The translations under genes and the position numbers were made by a program. The notes under the pieces were generated by a model, which was given only the letters and a program-made list of their open reading frames with translations, ran no database searches and was not told the DNA's origin. Shown in pieces: positions 25,400-39,153 of a stretch of 64,000 nucleotides of DNA; positions within the stretch are counted from its first letter, which is position 1; the number at the start of each line of letters is the position of its first letter. Location: the NCBI GenBank assembly GCA_964016885.1, contig OZ024746.1, forward strand, positions 53,320,001-53,384,000. Direction: 5' to 3'. Origin of the DNA: Eledone cirrhosa. Lineage: Eukaryota.

Positions 25400-26130
25400 A
25401 GGGTCATTATAGTAATAATGATAATGGTGATAGTAGTGGTGGTATATTGATGATGGTGTTGATAATGATCATGATGGTGGTGATGGTGGTAATGGTGATG
25501 ATAATGGTAATGGTGGTGATGGTAATGATGGTAATGGTGGTGATGGTGGTTAATGGTGATGGTAATGGTAATGGTGGTAATGGTGATGATAATGGTGATG
25601 GTAATGATGGTAATGGTGGTGATGGTAATGGTGGTGATGGTAATGCTAATGGTAATGATGATGGTAATGGTGGTAATGGTGATGGTGGTGATGATGGTAA
25701 TGATGATGATGGTGATGATGATGGTAATGGTGATGATGATGGTAATGGTGATGATGGTAATGGTGATGGTAATGGTGATGATGGTAATGGTGATGATGGT
25801 AATGGTGATGGTGGTGATGGTGATGGTGGTGATGATGATGGTAATGGTGATGGTGATGGTAATGGTGATGGTGATGGTAATGGTGATGGTGATGGTAATG
25901 GTGATGATGGTAATGGTGATGATGGTAATGGTGATGGTGGTGATGATGATGGTAATGGTGATGGTGATGGTAATGGTGATGATGGTAATGGTGATGATGG
26001 TAATGGTGATGATGATGGTAATGGTGATGATGATGGAAATGGTGATGGTGATGATGATGGTAATGGTGGTGATGGTAATGGTGATGGTGATGATGGTAAT
26101 GATGGTAATGATGGTGATGATGATGGTAAC
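25400..26130. repeat. (GGT/GAT/AAT)n triplet microsatellite
   Basis: Direct inspection. Confidence 0.95.
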
Positions 26131-26611
26131 AATCATTATCCTCCTCATTCCCTCCCCTCTCACCCCACAATCAAGAATGCCAAGTTTCACTGTTATTGAT
26201 TTCAGTCTTACCTAATGAACAGTTTGTTGTGTACAGGTGGGGTGGGTGGGGATTTTGGTGGGGTGGGGATTTTTACTGTAAAGTTGTTGATATGGGTGGT
26301 GGTGGTGGCGGGGGGCGGGGGAGTGACGGTGGTGTACTGAGTTTAGAGAGAAAGGATGAGGAGGTGTATGTGGTGAGATGAATTATGGATGGGGGTGGTG
26401 GTGAATTATGATGATACTGTGTCTAGAGAGAAAGGATGAGGAGGAGTATGTAGTGGAGATGGTGGTGGTGGTGATGGAGATAATGGAGGCAGTGATGGAG
26501 TTGGCAGAGATGGTGCGTGGTGGTGGTGGTGCATGGCAGGGTTAATTATGGATGGTATTGGTGGCGGTGGTGTGAAGAAAGAAAAAGAGTAGGAAAAAGT
26601 AGGAGTGAGAG

Positions 26612-26750
26612 GTGGTAATGGTCATAAGTGAGTGATAGAGAAAAGGGTGAGTGGTGGTAGTGGTCATAAGTGAGTGATAGAGAAAAGGGTGAGTGGTGGT
26701 AGTGGTCATAAGTGAGTGATAGAGAAAAGGGTGAGTGGTGGTAGTGGTGG
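26612..26750. repeat. 42-bp tandem repeat, about 3 copies
   Basis: GTGGTCATAAGTGAGTGATAGAGAAAAGGGTGAGTGGTGGTA. Confidence 0.85.
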
Positions 26751-27322
26751 TAAAACAGGTGTAGATAGAGTGAGTTGGGGTGCCAGGTAAGATGGTGTTG
26801 ATTATGGTGTTACACAGAGGTGAGAGAGAGAGGATAGATGGATATTGAGTGGGGTGCAAGAAACATAGGTGAGGTGGCTAGGGTGAGACATCACTTCTAC
26901 TTAGGCAACCCCCACATCAAAGAGGGCATAGGGGAGAAGGAGAGGGGGAGAAGGGGAGAGAGAGAAAGAGAGGGGGAGAAGGAGAAGGAGAGAAAGAGGA
27001 GAGACAAGGAGAGGAGAATGAGAGGATGGTGGGGATGCATGTAAGGTGAGTGGGGTAAGACAACAGCTATCACCCACCCTTGCACCCCCTTCACCCATGT
27101 ACCCGACCCCCTCACCCCTCTACCCTACCTCCCTCGCTCCTGTAACCCCCACATCACCCCACCTGCCACCCATTTCTAGCCAATTGCAGGTCTGTTATAT
27201 TGAAATACATGATGATGCACTAACTAACCTTGTTTAGAGTTACTACAATACTACATTCACTATTGTGTAGTGTAGTTAAAACATACATAATCTGCATATA
27301 CACACACACTTACATACACACA

Positions 27323-27395
27323 TAGGGTGTTCCCAAAAAATGTATACATACTTCAACAGCATTCTAATATGTATACATTTTTGGGGGACATCCAA
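27323..27395. mobile_element. About 70-bp palindromic Tc1/mariner-like mini-MITE
   Basis: AGGGTGTTCCCAAAAAATGTATACATA...TATGTATACATTTTTGGGGGACATCC. Confidence 0.55.
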
Positions 27396-28015
27396 CATAT
27401 ATGTGTGTGTATATACATATATATATAATCTATGTTTATATACATATTATACACACTGTTACATCTGTCTATGGAGAGAGAGAGAGAGAGAGACTCTCAC
27501 ATCACATTGAGTCTTGTGGGATATACATATTTATAATCTTCTTCCCACCCTTTATTATGTACACACACACACACACCACAACCTCCCACCCCACTACTAC
27601 TACCACCAACACTTTCCACCCCACTACGACTACCCCCCCCCCCCCCACTACTACTACCACCAACACTTTCCACCCCACTACTACTAACCCCCCCCCCCCC
27701 CTACTACTACCACCAACACCACCACCCCACTACTACTACCACCACAACCTCCCCCACTCTACTACTACCACCACCCCATTCTACTACTACACTACTACCA
27801 CCACCACAACCTCCCCCACTCTACTACTACCACACCATAACAACCCCCCCCCACTCTACTCCTATTACTCTACTGCTACCACCACCACCTTCCACCCCAC
27901 TACTACTACCACCACATCCCCACTCTACTACTACCACAACCTTCCACCCCACTCTACTACCACTACTACCCCCCCCCCCACTACTACTACTCTACTACTA
28001 CCACCACCTTCCACC

Positions 28016-28046
<31 letters not shown>

Positions 28047-28319
28047 ACACTAAATCAATAAGCTTGTTAAGAGAACATTGGATGAGATATATAGAGAGAA
28101 AGTGATGTGGAAGGGATTGTGGAGGTTGGCAGTGGTGCAGTGTCCCAGGGTCGTAGTGGGGGGGGGGGGGTGCTGTAGAAACACAAACGAGTGGTATGTC
28201 AGTAGGGGGGGGGGGGTAGATTCTGGGTAGGGGGTAGCAGTATAAACAACAACAACAACAACAACAGAGCCATCATTAAAATAAATATCAAGTAGACACA
28301 CACACACATTCCATCCTGT

Positions 28320-29030
28320 ATATACACATATGTGTAGACATATACATACATACAAAGATATGTGTACACACACATGCATTCAAATGTACATTTACACACA
28401 TACATATGCATGCTTTCAAACCTGTATATGCACATACATGCACACACAAATGCATACACAGTCAAACCCACATGTACATACACACACACATATATATATA
28501 TATATATACATACATACATATACACATTCAAAGCTATATGTGTACACACACACACATGCATGTGTATACATTCAAACATGTGCACATATGCACCTACATG
28601 TACACACAAATGCATGCACATGTAGTCAAATCTACATGTACATACACACATACATACATATAATATATACACATTCAAAGCTATATGTGTACAACACACA
28701 TGCATGTGTATACATTCAAACATGTGCACATATGCACCTACATGTACACTCAAATGTATGCACATGTAGTCAAATCTAAATGTACATACACACATACATT
28801 CAAAGCTATATGTGTACACACATGTGCATGCATTCAAACATACTTACGCACATGTGCACCTACATGTACACACAAAATCATACACACATGCAGTCAAACC
28901 TACATGTACACACATTCAAAGCTATATGTTTACACACATGCTTATGTGTGCATTCAAACATGTGCACATATGCACCTACATGTATGCACAAATGCATACT
29001 CGTAGTCAAACCAACATGTATATGCACATA
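28320..29030. repeat. Degenerate CA/TA-rich minisatellite (roughly 110-130-bp unit)
   Basis: Recurring CATTCAAAGCTATATGT and CATTCAAACATGTGCACATATGCACCTACATGT. Confidence 0.8.
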
Positions 29031-29350
29031 AATATCAAATATCAAAATCTCATAGGTTTGATAATTATAGGTGTGATTATTATTTATGGTAAAGCCTTTA
29101 CTGCGAAAATATGATAGTAATTATATGTAAATGCTGAAGGATTAATGATCTTGAAATCGTAACCTCCCAGCAAAGCTCTGTGCAACAACACTGGGTGGGA
29201 GTGGTGTAGCAAGTTGATAAGAAGGTGGTGGTAAGGGCCCAAGATCTATCACGATAAACATGAAATGTAGCTTTTTACTCAAGAGCATAACACAGTTTGA
29301 TCCAGAAATTGAACATATGACCTTATGATCCCGAGTGCAACACCCTAACC

Positions 29351-30012
29351 CAGAAGTTCTCAAACTTTTTGAGCCACCATCCCCCTCAGGGCTATGTAAT
29401 ACCCTCAGCGCCCCCACCCATATTTCCAAATTGTAAATAATATATAATAAATAAAATCGTTAATTCATATATAATAAATAATATAATATATACGATGTAT
29501 AAATAAATACTTATATTAATATGTATAAATAAATACTTATATTAATATGTATAAATAAATACTATATTAATATGTATAAATAAATATTATATTAATATGT
29601 ATAAATAAATATTATATTAATATGTATAAATAAATATTATATTAATATGTATAAATAAATATATTAATATGTATAAATAAATACTTATATTAATATGTAT
29701 AAATAAATATATTAATATGTATAAATAAATATATTAATATGTATAAATAAATATTATATTAATATGTATAAATAAATATTATATTAATATGTATAAATAA
29801 ATATATTAATATGTATAAATAAATATATTAATATGTATAAATAAATATTATATTAATATGTATAAATAAATATATTAATATGTATAAATAAATATTATAT
29901 TAATATGTATCATTTGATATTTATTATAGTATTATATCATCTCTAGCCCACCACTGCCCTCTTAGGCCCCAGCACTCCCAGGAGACGATAGTGCCCAATT
30001 TGAGAACTTCTG
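29351..30012. mobile_element. hAT MITE with an internal AT-rich minisatellite, inserted into an old CORE-like SINE
   Basis: TIR CAGAAGTTCTCAAA / TTTGAGAACTTCTG; TSD CCCTAACC/CCCTATCC; ATATTAATATGTATAAATAAAT array at about 29495-29910. Confidence 0.85.
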
Positions 30013-30797
30013 CCCTATCCACTGGGTCACAGGCCTTCAAATACCCATCATGGGATTTTTTTAAGTCAATGATATCCAACCAGATACTCCTCCTACTACC
30101 AACCCTTTTATGATACTCAAGAACATGGTGTACCTATTCTAAACCAAATACATACAACATAACCTTAAAATCAAAACAGTTCCACTATGTTGCAACTGTG
30201 TTACTATTGTTGAACCCTAATCTCCACTTTTACTATTCAATGTAGAGTGTACACAACCTACTCACAGATAAACTTCAAAATAAGATGTGTCTTGTACCAA
30301 ATAGTTCCACTATGTCACAATGATGGAACACAATCCCCACTTTTACTATTCAATGTAGAGTGTACACAACCTACTCACAGATAAACTGCAAAATAAGAGC
30401 TGTATTGTACCATGTGAGGTTCATAAAAGGGCAGTGTCAGAATACCATTAGAACCTATATGGGAATCATCCCCCAGCTCAGCCCAGTATTGATGAAAAAT
30501 GATCAGTGCACACTGACATAAATACAATGGAAATAAACAGACATCCATACTCTATCAAAATGTCACACAGAAACACAATGGATCGATAAACAATGTTAAA
30601 ATAAAAATTCTTTCCTCCTACCAAAAAGATCTGACACCTTGGCAGGTTGTTGAATCAATACAAGAAACAGATACTAAACCTAGAGTTACTCAATAGAAAC
30701 AATAAGTTGGATGGTAATACACCCACCTATAAAGTTATAGAGGAATTCAAGGTGAAACATTATTTCAGTCACTAAATACAAATAACTCCCTCTCTCT

Positions 30798-30857
<60 letters not shown>

Positions 30858-31102
30858 CATACACACACACAAGCATATAACTATATATACACACACATAA
30901 CTATATATACACACACACACATTTAACTATATATACACACGCACACATATAGTAGAGTCAGCTGATGCAGAGAAGTGGAGAGAGATGCCTGCAGGAATCA
31001 AAACAAGGAATTTTGTGTGTACTGGAAATAAGCTTGCTTGCTTGCTTTTTTGTGTGTGTGTGTGTGTGGTGTGTAGTGTGTGGTGTGTGGTGTGTGGTGT
31101 GG

Positions 31103-31133
<31 letters not shown>

Positions 31134-31550
31134 GCATGTATGTGTGCATGTGTTACTGATTACTCAAGGAAACCACCAGGATTGATAAGATTGATGTAGA
31201 AAGGTGTTCTAAAATGAAAGACCGTGTTTACATCGCTAAAGGTGACTCAAGAGCCAAGTGTTGGTGTTAAACCAGATTACAAATTAATTGTCTACCACCT
31301 AAGTAGGCTCCTGTGGCATTTGAACTCAGAATGTAAAGCACCAGAACAAATACTAGAACCGTATTGTCCAATAGCCTAACAATTCCACCAATCCACAACT
31401 CTGGACTGAGACTCTAGTTTATTGACCATGGAAAGATAAAAGCAATGTTGACCCTGGTGGGATTTGAACTCATAGGGCAAACAGTTCAAACAAATGCAAG
31501 GCATTTTATTCTACACTTTAAAAAAATGCCAGCATAATCACATATTTAAA

Positions 31551-31890
31551 TCATCATCATCATCATCATTTTACGTCTGCTTTTCCCTGCTTGCAAGGGT
31601 GGGACGGGAACTGATTCTGGCTTGATTTCTACAGCTGGATGCCCTTCCTAACACCAACCTCATTTACAGTGAGTGCTGGGTGCTTTTTTTCCGTGGCACC
31701 TACACGTCCACTTTGCAGTGGAATGATAGGGACCCTAGTCCCTACCATCTCATTTCTACAGCTGAGTAAACTGGAGCAATGTGAAATAAAGTGTCTTGCT
31801 CAAGGAAACAACGCATCACCTGGTACGAGAATTGAACTCACAACCTTTCGATTGCAAGGCCAATACTCTAACCACTAAGCCATGTGCCTT
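31551..31890 (-). mobile_element. SINE family A, full length
   Basis: Near-identical to 12355-12684. Confidence 0.9.
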
Positions 31891-32302
31891 CATCATTATA
31901 TATCTACACATATGCATAAGGAGGGCTGCATGACACCTGTGTGTAATGTGTGGTGCTACATGGTAGTGAAACATGGGTTGTGACTGCAGAGGACATGCAT
32001 AGACTGGATATACACATGAGTAAATAAACACACACGCAGTTGTCAGACCTCATAGCCTTACATTTGCACTCAGTAGAATGTGTGACCTTATGTATGTGAG
32101 ATACAGACCAAAGGCCTGTTTGGGAGGTCAGTGACCCCCACTTCAGTACTGACTTGATCTATGTAGACCTATCCAACCCTAGCTAGACAGGAAAGCAGAG
32201 AATAACCAATGATAATGATGATGATGATACACATGAGCTCATATACACATGAGCAAACATGTACAAACACTCATGTATACACACACACACAGGCCTATAT
32301 AT

Positions 32303-35233
32303 ATATTCACAATCATTGCAGGAGATTTTAACGGACACGTAGGTAAACACTGCGACGGCTTCAATAGAGTACATGGAGGCCATGGAGTTGGCACAAGGAA
32401 TGAGGAAGGATTCAGACTTCTAGAATTCTGCGACGCCAATGACATGTCGATATGTAACACAAACTTTAAAAAACCCGACAACCACCTGATCACCTATAGA
32501 TCAGGGGAGCACTCTAGTCAGTTAGATTTTATCCTCATCAGAGGACGTGACAGATGGACGGTCGTAAACACAAAAGCCTTCCCTAGTGAGGAATGTACAT
32601 CCCAACATAGCTTAGTTGTCAGCGACCTCACGGTCAGAACTAGACGAGCCCTGAAGAAGAAAGATCTGGAGAAGAAAGATCTGGAAGCTGAAAGTCCCCT
32701 CAACCAGTAACAGATTTAAAGATATTTTACTCAACGCCTACGACAGTAAAGAAGAACAGATAGAGACATTTAACGTAGAAGAGAACTGGGAGTTCCTAAA
32801 AAATAACTTACTAGAGGCGACGGATGAGGTTTGTGGCTGGAGTAAGACCTCAAGCAGGAGGAGAGTGACTTGGTGGTGGAACAATAAGGTAGATGAAGCA
32901 GTCAAGGCCAAGAGACAGGCATGGAAAGAATAGAAGAACGGGGGGAGCAGGGTACATTACATAGAGACCAAGAGGGAAGCTAGGCGACAAGTATACTTAG
33001 CTAGGAGGGAAGCAGAGGATAGAAAATTCAAGCATGTTTTACAACGTGAGGACCAGAAACAGGAGGTATTCAAGATTGCGAGGCAGTGTGTCAGAGATAG
33101 TTGTGATGTCATTGGAGAGAAGTGTATCCGGAATGATAAAGGTGAGCTTGCCCTCACAAGTGCTGAGAAGAAAGATGCATGGAAGAGTCATTATGATAGA
33201 TTACTAAATGAGGAGAATGCATGGGAAGAAGAGACCCTACCCCACGTAGACCCTATAGAGGGACCAGCAGTACAAGTCAGCGGCAGCGTAGTAAGTAAGG
33301 CAATCAGAGATATGAAGATAGGGAAGGCAACCGGTCCATCGGGTATAGCTGCCGAGATGCTGAAGGCATCTGGGTCTGTAGGTCACACTATAACCACACG
33401 TATCGTTAACCAGGTAATACTAGAGGGGGCCATACCAAAAGATTGGTGCAGTAGCATCATTGTCAACTGCTACAAAGGTAAAGGCGATGCACTAGATAGA
33501 GGAAACTATAGAGGTATAAAGTTGATGGACCAGGTCATGAAAGTAACAGAAAGAGTTATAGCACAGCTGATTAGGGACCGGGTGAATATAGACGAGATGC
33601 AATTTGGGTTTGTACCAGGGAAAGGCACCACTGATGCCCTCTTCCTTGTGAGGCAATTACAGGAAAAGTACCTAGCTAAAAGTAAGCCACTCTACTTGGC
33701 ATTTGTCGACCTTGAGAAAGCCTTTGACAGAGTTCCACGTGCAGTAATCTGGTGGGCTCTTAAAAAACTAGGAGTAGATGAATGGCTTGTGAAAGCGGTA
33801 CAAGCCATGTATAGGGGAGCAGTCAGCAAAGTTAGGATTGGCAATGAGTATAGCGAGGAATTTAGCGTACAGGTTGGGGTCCACCAGGGCTCTGTTCTTA
33901 GCCCTCTCCTGTTCATCATAGTCCTGCAGGCAATAACGGAGGAGTTTAAGACCGGATGCCCATGGGAACTCCTGTATGCTGATGACCTCGCACTCATAGC
34001 TGAATCTATGGTAGAACTAGAGAATAAATTCCAAACCTGGAAGCAGGGACTAGAGAGAAAGGGCCTCAAAGTCAACATGACAAAGACTAAGGTCCTTGTA
34101 AGTAGACGAGAAAACAGAACCCAGATCCCCTCAGGGAAATGGCCTTGCTCAGTATGTAGGAAAGGTGTAGGTAGGAACTCCATTCTCTGCCCCAAATGCA
34201 AACAATGGGTACACAAGAGATGTAGCGGGATCTCAGGAAGCTTAATTAAGAATGTAGGATTCACATGCAGCAGCTGTGCTGAAACAGCAAGCAAACAGCC
34301 ACAGGAAACAAGTACCACCAATCTCTGGGAGGGCCCTGTAGAAACAGTAGACAGCTTCTGCTACCTAGGTGACCGAATTAGCAACGGAGGTGGGTGCTCA
34401 GAAAGTACAATAACTAGGGTAAGAACGGGATGGAAGAAGTTTAGGGAACTACTACCACTGCTAGCTGCAAAAGGCTTCTCCCTCAGAATGAAAGGCAGAC
34501 TGTATGATGCGTGTATCCGAACAGCGATGTTGCATGGTAGTGAGACCTGGGCGCTGAAGGTGGAAGACTTACGTCGATTAGAGAGAAACGAAGCCTGCAT
34601 GCTCCGATGGATGTGTAACAGTAATATACGTGAACGACAAAGCATAAAGGAATTGAGAGAGAGACTGAGCATAAGAGGAATCAAATGCTGCGTGCAGGAG
34701 AGGCGGTTACGCTGGTATGGACATGTGATGCGTATGAAGGATGACAGCTGCATAAAAAGGTGCAGAGCACTAGAAGTTGATGGAAACCGCGGAGTGGGGA
34801 GACCCAAGATGACCTGGGATGAGGTGATAAAAGCCGACCTTACCCAATTACACCTCTCAAAGTCAATGACACACGACCGTGACTTCTGGCGTCACGCAGT
34901 AATACAGGGTACCCGACCTCCCATGGGTACATGCTGAAGCATATAAACAATATGCCCCCCCCCCCCCCACCGCAAGGTGGCCGTGGAGGTGCCACGGCAA
35001 AAAAGCACCCAGCCCACACTGTAAAGTGGACGTGTAGGCGCCACGTAAAAGCACCCAGCACTCACTGTAAATGAGGTTGGTGTTAGGAAGGGCATCCAGC
35101 TGTAGAAATCGAGCCAGATCAGTTCCTGTATGAGCAAGGCATGGTCAGCCGACCAGACACTGCCCACAACAGGACAACCCGTCTAACCCATGCTAGCGTG
35201 GAAGAACGGACGTAAAACGGTGATGATGATGAT
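32303..35233 (+). mobile_element. RTE-clade LINE, 5'-truncated, with disrupted ORF
   Basis: APE motifs IAGDFNGHVG and TYRS..SQLDFIL; frameshift near 32660-32710; TGG>TAG at 32931; RT domain; 3' UTR ending in (GAT)n. Confidence 0.95.
33312..34937 (+). CDS. Reverse transcriptase portion of the RTE LINE ORF (541 aa), with a C4HC3 PHD-like finger
   Basis: NYRGI, QFGF, AFVDLEKAFDRV, GVHQGSVLSPLLF, LLYADD, FCYLG, RRLRWYGHVMR, GRPKMTW. Confidence 0.9.
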   Translation: MKIGKATGPSGIAAEMLKASGSVGHTITTRIVNQVILEGAIPKDWCSSIIVNCYKGKGDALDRGNYRGIKLMDQVMKVTERVIAQLIRDRVNIDEMQFGFVPGKGTTDALFLVRQLQEKYLAKSKPLYLAFVDLEKAFDRVPRAVIWWALKKLGVDEWLVKAVQAMYRGAVSKVRIGNEYSEEFSVQVGVHQGSVLSPLLFIIVLQAITEEFKTGCPWELLYADDLALIAESMVELENKFQTWKQGLERKGLKVNMTKTKVLVSRRENRTQIPSGKWPCSVCRKGVGRNSILCPKCKQWVHKRCSGISGSLIKNVGFTCSSCAETASKQPQETSTTNLWEGPVETVDSFCYLGDRISNGGGCSESTITRVRTGWKKFRELLPLLAAKGFSLRMKGRLYDACIRTAMLHGSETWALKVEDLRRLERNEACMLRWMCNSNIRERQSIKELRERLSIRGIKCCVQERRLRWYGHVMRMKDDSCIKRCRALEVDGNRGVGRPKMTWDEVIKADLTQLHLSKSMTHDRDFWRHAVIQGTRPPMGTC

Positions 35234-35622
35234 ACACACAGTTTATGAACATAGCAATTACCAATAATGGTTGCTTAGAGTAGTATAGTAGTTAGCAACT
35301 CTACATCTACCTACACACATAACTATATATATATACTCATGCATACATATATATATATATACACATACATACACACAGCTAGTGTGTATGTGTATATAAA
35401 CACACTTAAATGTATATACAATGTTCACAGTTCACATGGCTATGATGGATGCCAAAATGTGTTCTACTCACCCTAACATGTAGGAAATCTATTCAAATCT
35501 GTCATATTGCCAAATAAGGAATTGGTAAGATGGTTTGAATTGGAGGTGGCACACAAACACACAGATAGTCTCACCCAAATGTACACACACAGAGAGAGTC
35601 TCACTCAAATGTACACACACAC

Positions 35623-35665
<43 letters not shown>

Positions 35666-36226
35666 ACCAGGCTCACTACAAACATATATGTATTTGTGAT
35701 TGTAAATATGTATATGTTTGTGTGAATATGTATGTCTGTGTGTACATGTGTGTGTGTACATGTGTGTGTGAGTACATGTGTGTGTGTGCGTGTGTGTTTA
35801 ACAAAGTCAGGCTGTGATTTATATATGCTCAGACACATGTAGAATCTAACTCAGGCCCACACACCACCCTCTTCCTCCTAGTATAAACAGAGGTAAGTAC
35901 ACACAGCCCAATACATGCACCCACACACCTGCAACACAGCCAGGCATATATAAGTGTGTATACCATATATACATAATGATTATATATACATACATACATA
36001 CATATAGAAATATATATATACACACACATATACATACATACATGTAGACATATATATATATATACATACACACACATTCATAGACATATATATACAGATT
36101 CATAGACATATACACACATTCATAGACATATACACACACATTCATAGACATATACACACACACATATATTCACATACACATATATTCAAATACACACATA
36201 CATACACACACACATACATACATATT

Positions 36227-36258
<32 letters not shown>

Positions 36259-36877
36259 ATCCACAAATACAAATACTACATAACATATACATTTCCAAAT
36301 ACAATATTCATACTGACACTTCATACACACATACACACACATCCATACATACACATACAAAGTGAATAGATGTTATTTGTGAAATCAGAACCAACCAAAA
36401 CAATAATTTTTGAGGTGCCATACTCCATGACTGGATAATCATCACCATCTCCCCCACCTTTACCATCATCTCCACCACAACCATCTCCCCACCTTAACCA
36501 TCATCTCCACCACAGCTATCACCATCTCCCCACCTTTACCATCATCTCCACCACAGCCATCACCCCCACCTTTACCATCACAACTGCCACAACAAGAGCA
36601 AAAGTAATGTTCTAGAAATAAGCAGCTACACATGTATGAAATTGATGAACCAAGTTATGATAGTTTGTTGCTGACTGTCCATCAATTTGATGATGATGAT
36701 GTTTCTCTGTCAGATATCTCCACAATTGCTCTGATGAGCACATTCCAATATGTGATTGATCCAGAGACGAGTCAGATATTGATGGAGAATCACATTGTTA
36801 CTGATGGATGGCTGATTTTGACAATGAAGTATTATGCCCCATAGTATTATAAGTAAAATTCTGTTATGAATACCATT

Positions 36878-37088
36878 CATCATCATCATCGTTTAACGTC
36901 CCTGTTCCACGCTTGCATGGGTTTGGACAGGGGTTTTCCCACTTGAGGCAAGAGTGGTTGTCTTGCTCGCATAGGACTGTCTGGCGGGTTTTCTACAGCT
37001 GGATGCCCTTCCTAACACCAACCACATTTACAGTGTGGGGCTGGGAGGTTTTTACCGTGTTGCCTACACGGCCACATTACAGCGTGGA
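36878..37088 (-). mobile_element. Divergent RTE/SINE tail, probably nested in a pogo-like MITE ending near 37243
   Basis: (CAT)n..GGATGCCCTTCCTAACACC; downstream TTGTTATGACAGAATTTCACTG|TA resembles a TIR. Confidence 0.55.
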
Positions 37089-37374
37089 CTCAAATTTTTC
37101 AGTATAACAAAATTTATTTCAATGCCCAGGGAAATAAACAAACGCTCGATTTGTTTCGATTTATCTCATTATAAAGGGTATTTTGTTACAACAGATTTTT
37201 TTTTGATACCTTATGAATTTGTTATGACAGAATTTCACTGTATAGCTATTTGGCCTTTTGATATGAAACCGACTGAAACCTATAATATAATTTCTATAAT
37301 ATAAGGCATTGTTTTAAAATGTTTTTATTTATTTAACAACCTTCTTCTTTGACCCCACAACTTTCTCAGGAATA

Positions 37375-37660
37375 AGTAGGCAGAGTCCTCAAACATTCCT
37401 TCCAGTGGGTCCTATCAGAAGCAACTGTCTCCAACTGATCCGGCTGGATCCCCACATGAGACCAGCCAAGCTCATGGATGTTATCCAACCATCTTGCTCA
37501 GGGTCTTCCCAAGGCTGGTTGGTTTTGCCAGTAAAATCTGTCCAGTGATTCTTTCCCCGAGACATTCTAACCATATTCCCAGAACATTGGAGCTGTGAAT
37601 TCAGAGAAGTTGTGGCTCTACCTTGAGTGATTCTCTGATCTCTGAGCTACGCACTCTATT
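37375..37660 (-). mobile_element. Rex3/Expander-like RTE C-terminal remnant
   Basis: Minus translation ..WLDNIHELGWSHVGIQPDQLETVASDRTHWKECLRTLP resembles the Rex3 C-terminus. Confidence 0.6.
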
Positions 37661-38032
37661 TAAAAACCTTCCCTCATAATTTTATTTAAGAACCTTCAAG
37701 ACATTTTCCAAAATTCCAAACACCAACTTAAAGTTAGCTATATTATTAAATCTCCGTTTGTTTTTCATCTTTGAGTGATTGATAAATAAAGTACTAGTCC
37801 AGGGAGAGTGAACTGGCAGAATTGATAAATAGTTGGATGGAATACTTTTTGTTATTTGTTAAGACTTTGTGTAAGCTAAGTTCAATTCTGGCCCTTGTCA
37901 CTAAAAGTGTGGTCACACATCTGCTGTCAGGAGTTGTGGCTAGCAGATAGGATCAGCAATGAAAAGACCAATTGAGACAGTTCCAATGGTCTGAGCTTAT
38001 GATTGTCTCTTTTCATTTCCATAGATTACTAA

Positions 38033-38247
38033 TCAACCCTTTAGCATTTACATTACTCTATATTTACTATTATATTTTCACAGTAAAGCCTTTATCTCAC
38101 ATAATATTGAATCTGAGATTTTGATGATATTTATTTTGAGAACAATACCTTAACATCAGTTTGAACAATACCTTAACAACTGGTTTGAACAGAAAGAGGT
38201 GAGAATATTCTGGCTGGGTACAGCCGGATTAAATGCTTAAGGGTTAA
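38033..38247. mobile_element. piggyBac-like MITE (reverse orientation)
   Basis: CCCTTTAGCATTT...AAATGCTTAAGGG-TTAA. Confidence 0.7.
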
Positions 38248-39153
38248 GATAAGATAATTTAAAGATGGAAGTAAAGCCTAGAATGAAGAGGACTCAAAGT
38301 AAATCTAGTAAAGACAAAAGTCAGCAGAAAAAGGAATAAGTAAAAATTCCACCACAGTATAACCAATATAAACTGAGTTTATGATAAATGTAGTGGAATC
38401 TCATGCCATAGACAGTCTGGCAGAGGAGGAAAACTGTGTGATAGTAATTATGATGATGTTGATGATTATGTTGAGTCTTTAGATAAAATTAGTGAGGATT
38501 GTGATGATTATGATGAAGATGAAAATGGTGGTACTAGTGTTGAATGTAATGATTAATCTAGTGATGATGATTGTGGTGAGGAGCATGATGATGAAAGATG
38601 TGTTATAAAGGTGTGAGGTATGAACTGGTATGTAGAAATGTGTAAATGAGGTGTGAGTACATTGAGAAATGGATTAAAACATGCTTGAGGGTGAGATTGG
38701 TTGGTTGGTAGGTAGATGTATATGAGTGTTGTTTGTAGCTGTGAAAGTCTGATTTAAATAAATTGGTTTGGCTGAGAAAATATACAATCATCATCATCAT
38801 TTTTACAGCTGCTTTTCCACATGGGTAAGACAAGATTTTTGCTGAGTTTTCTATAGCTAGATAGCCTTTCTAGTGCCAAATGTTACATGTTTTTAAAAGG
38901 ACAAACAAAATATACAGCAGCAAGTATTTTAAGGCCATGCTCCTTACTAAATCAGAGGCTAGACTGGTGTACCCATCACTGACTTTTACACATGGGGTGC
39001 TTTTGAAACAATGTTTCACTTGTACAAAAAACTAAAACAAAATTTGTGCATGTGCAATCATGATGATTCTGCCTAAGAATTATATCAAGGGTGCACATGT
39101 CTGTCGAATACTCTGCCACTTTACAAGTTAATTTAATAAGTTAGGAAGTTCTG

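Noticed and set aside
25306-26215. GDGNG-rich ORF resembling acidic shell-matrix repeats
   Set aside because: Pure triplet microsatellite, open in five frames, with no signal peptide or unique domain.
33692-34807. Antisense ORFs (209 and 148 aa) over the RT
   Set aside because: Shadow ORFs of the LINE coding strand.
36632-36844. 70-aa acidic ORF
   Set aside because: No recognisable motif or convincing splice sites; cannot be supported as an exon.
38400-38600. Asp/Glu-rich reading frame
   Set aside because: Degenerate (GAT)n repeat with stops.
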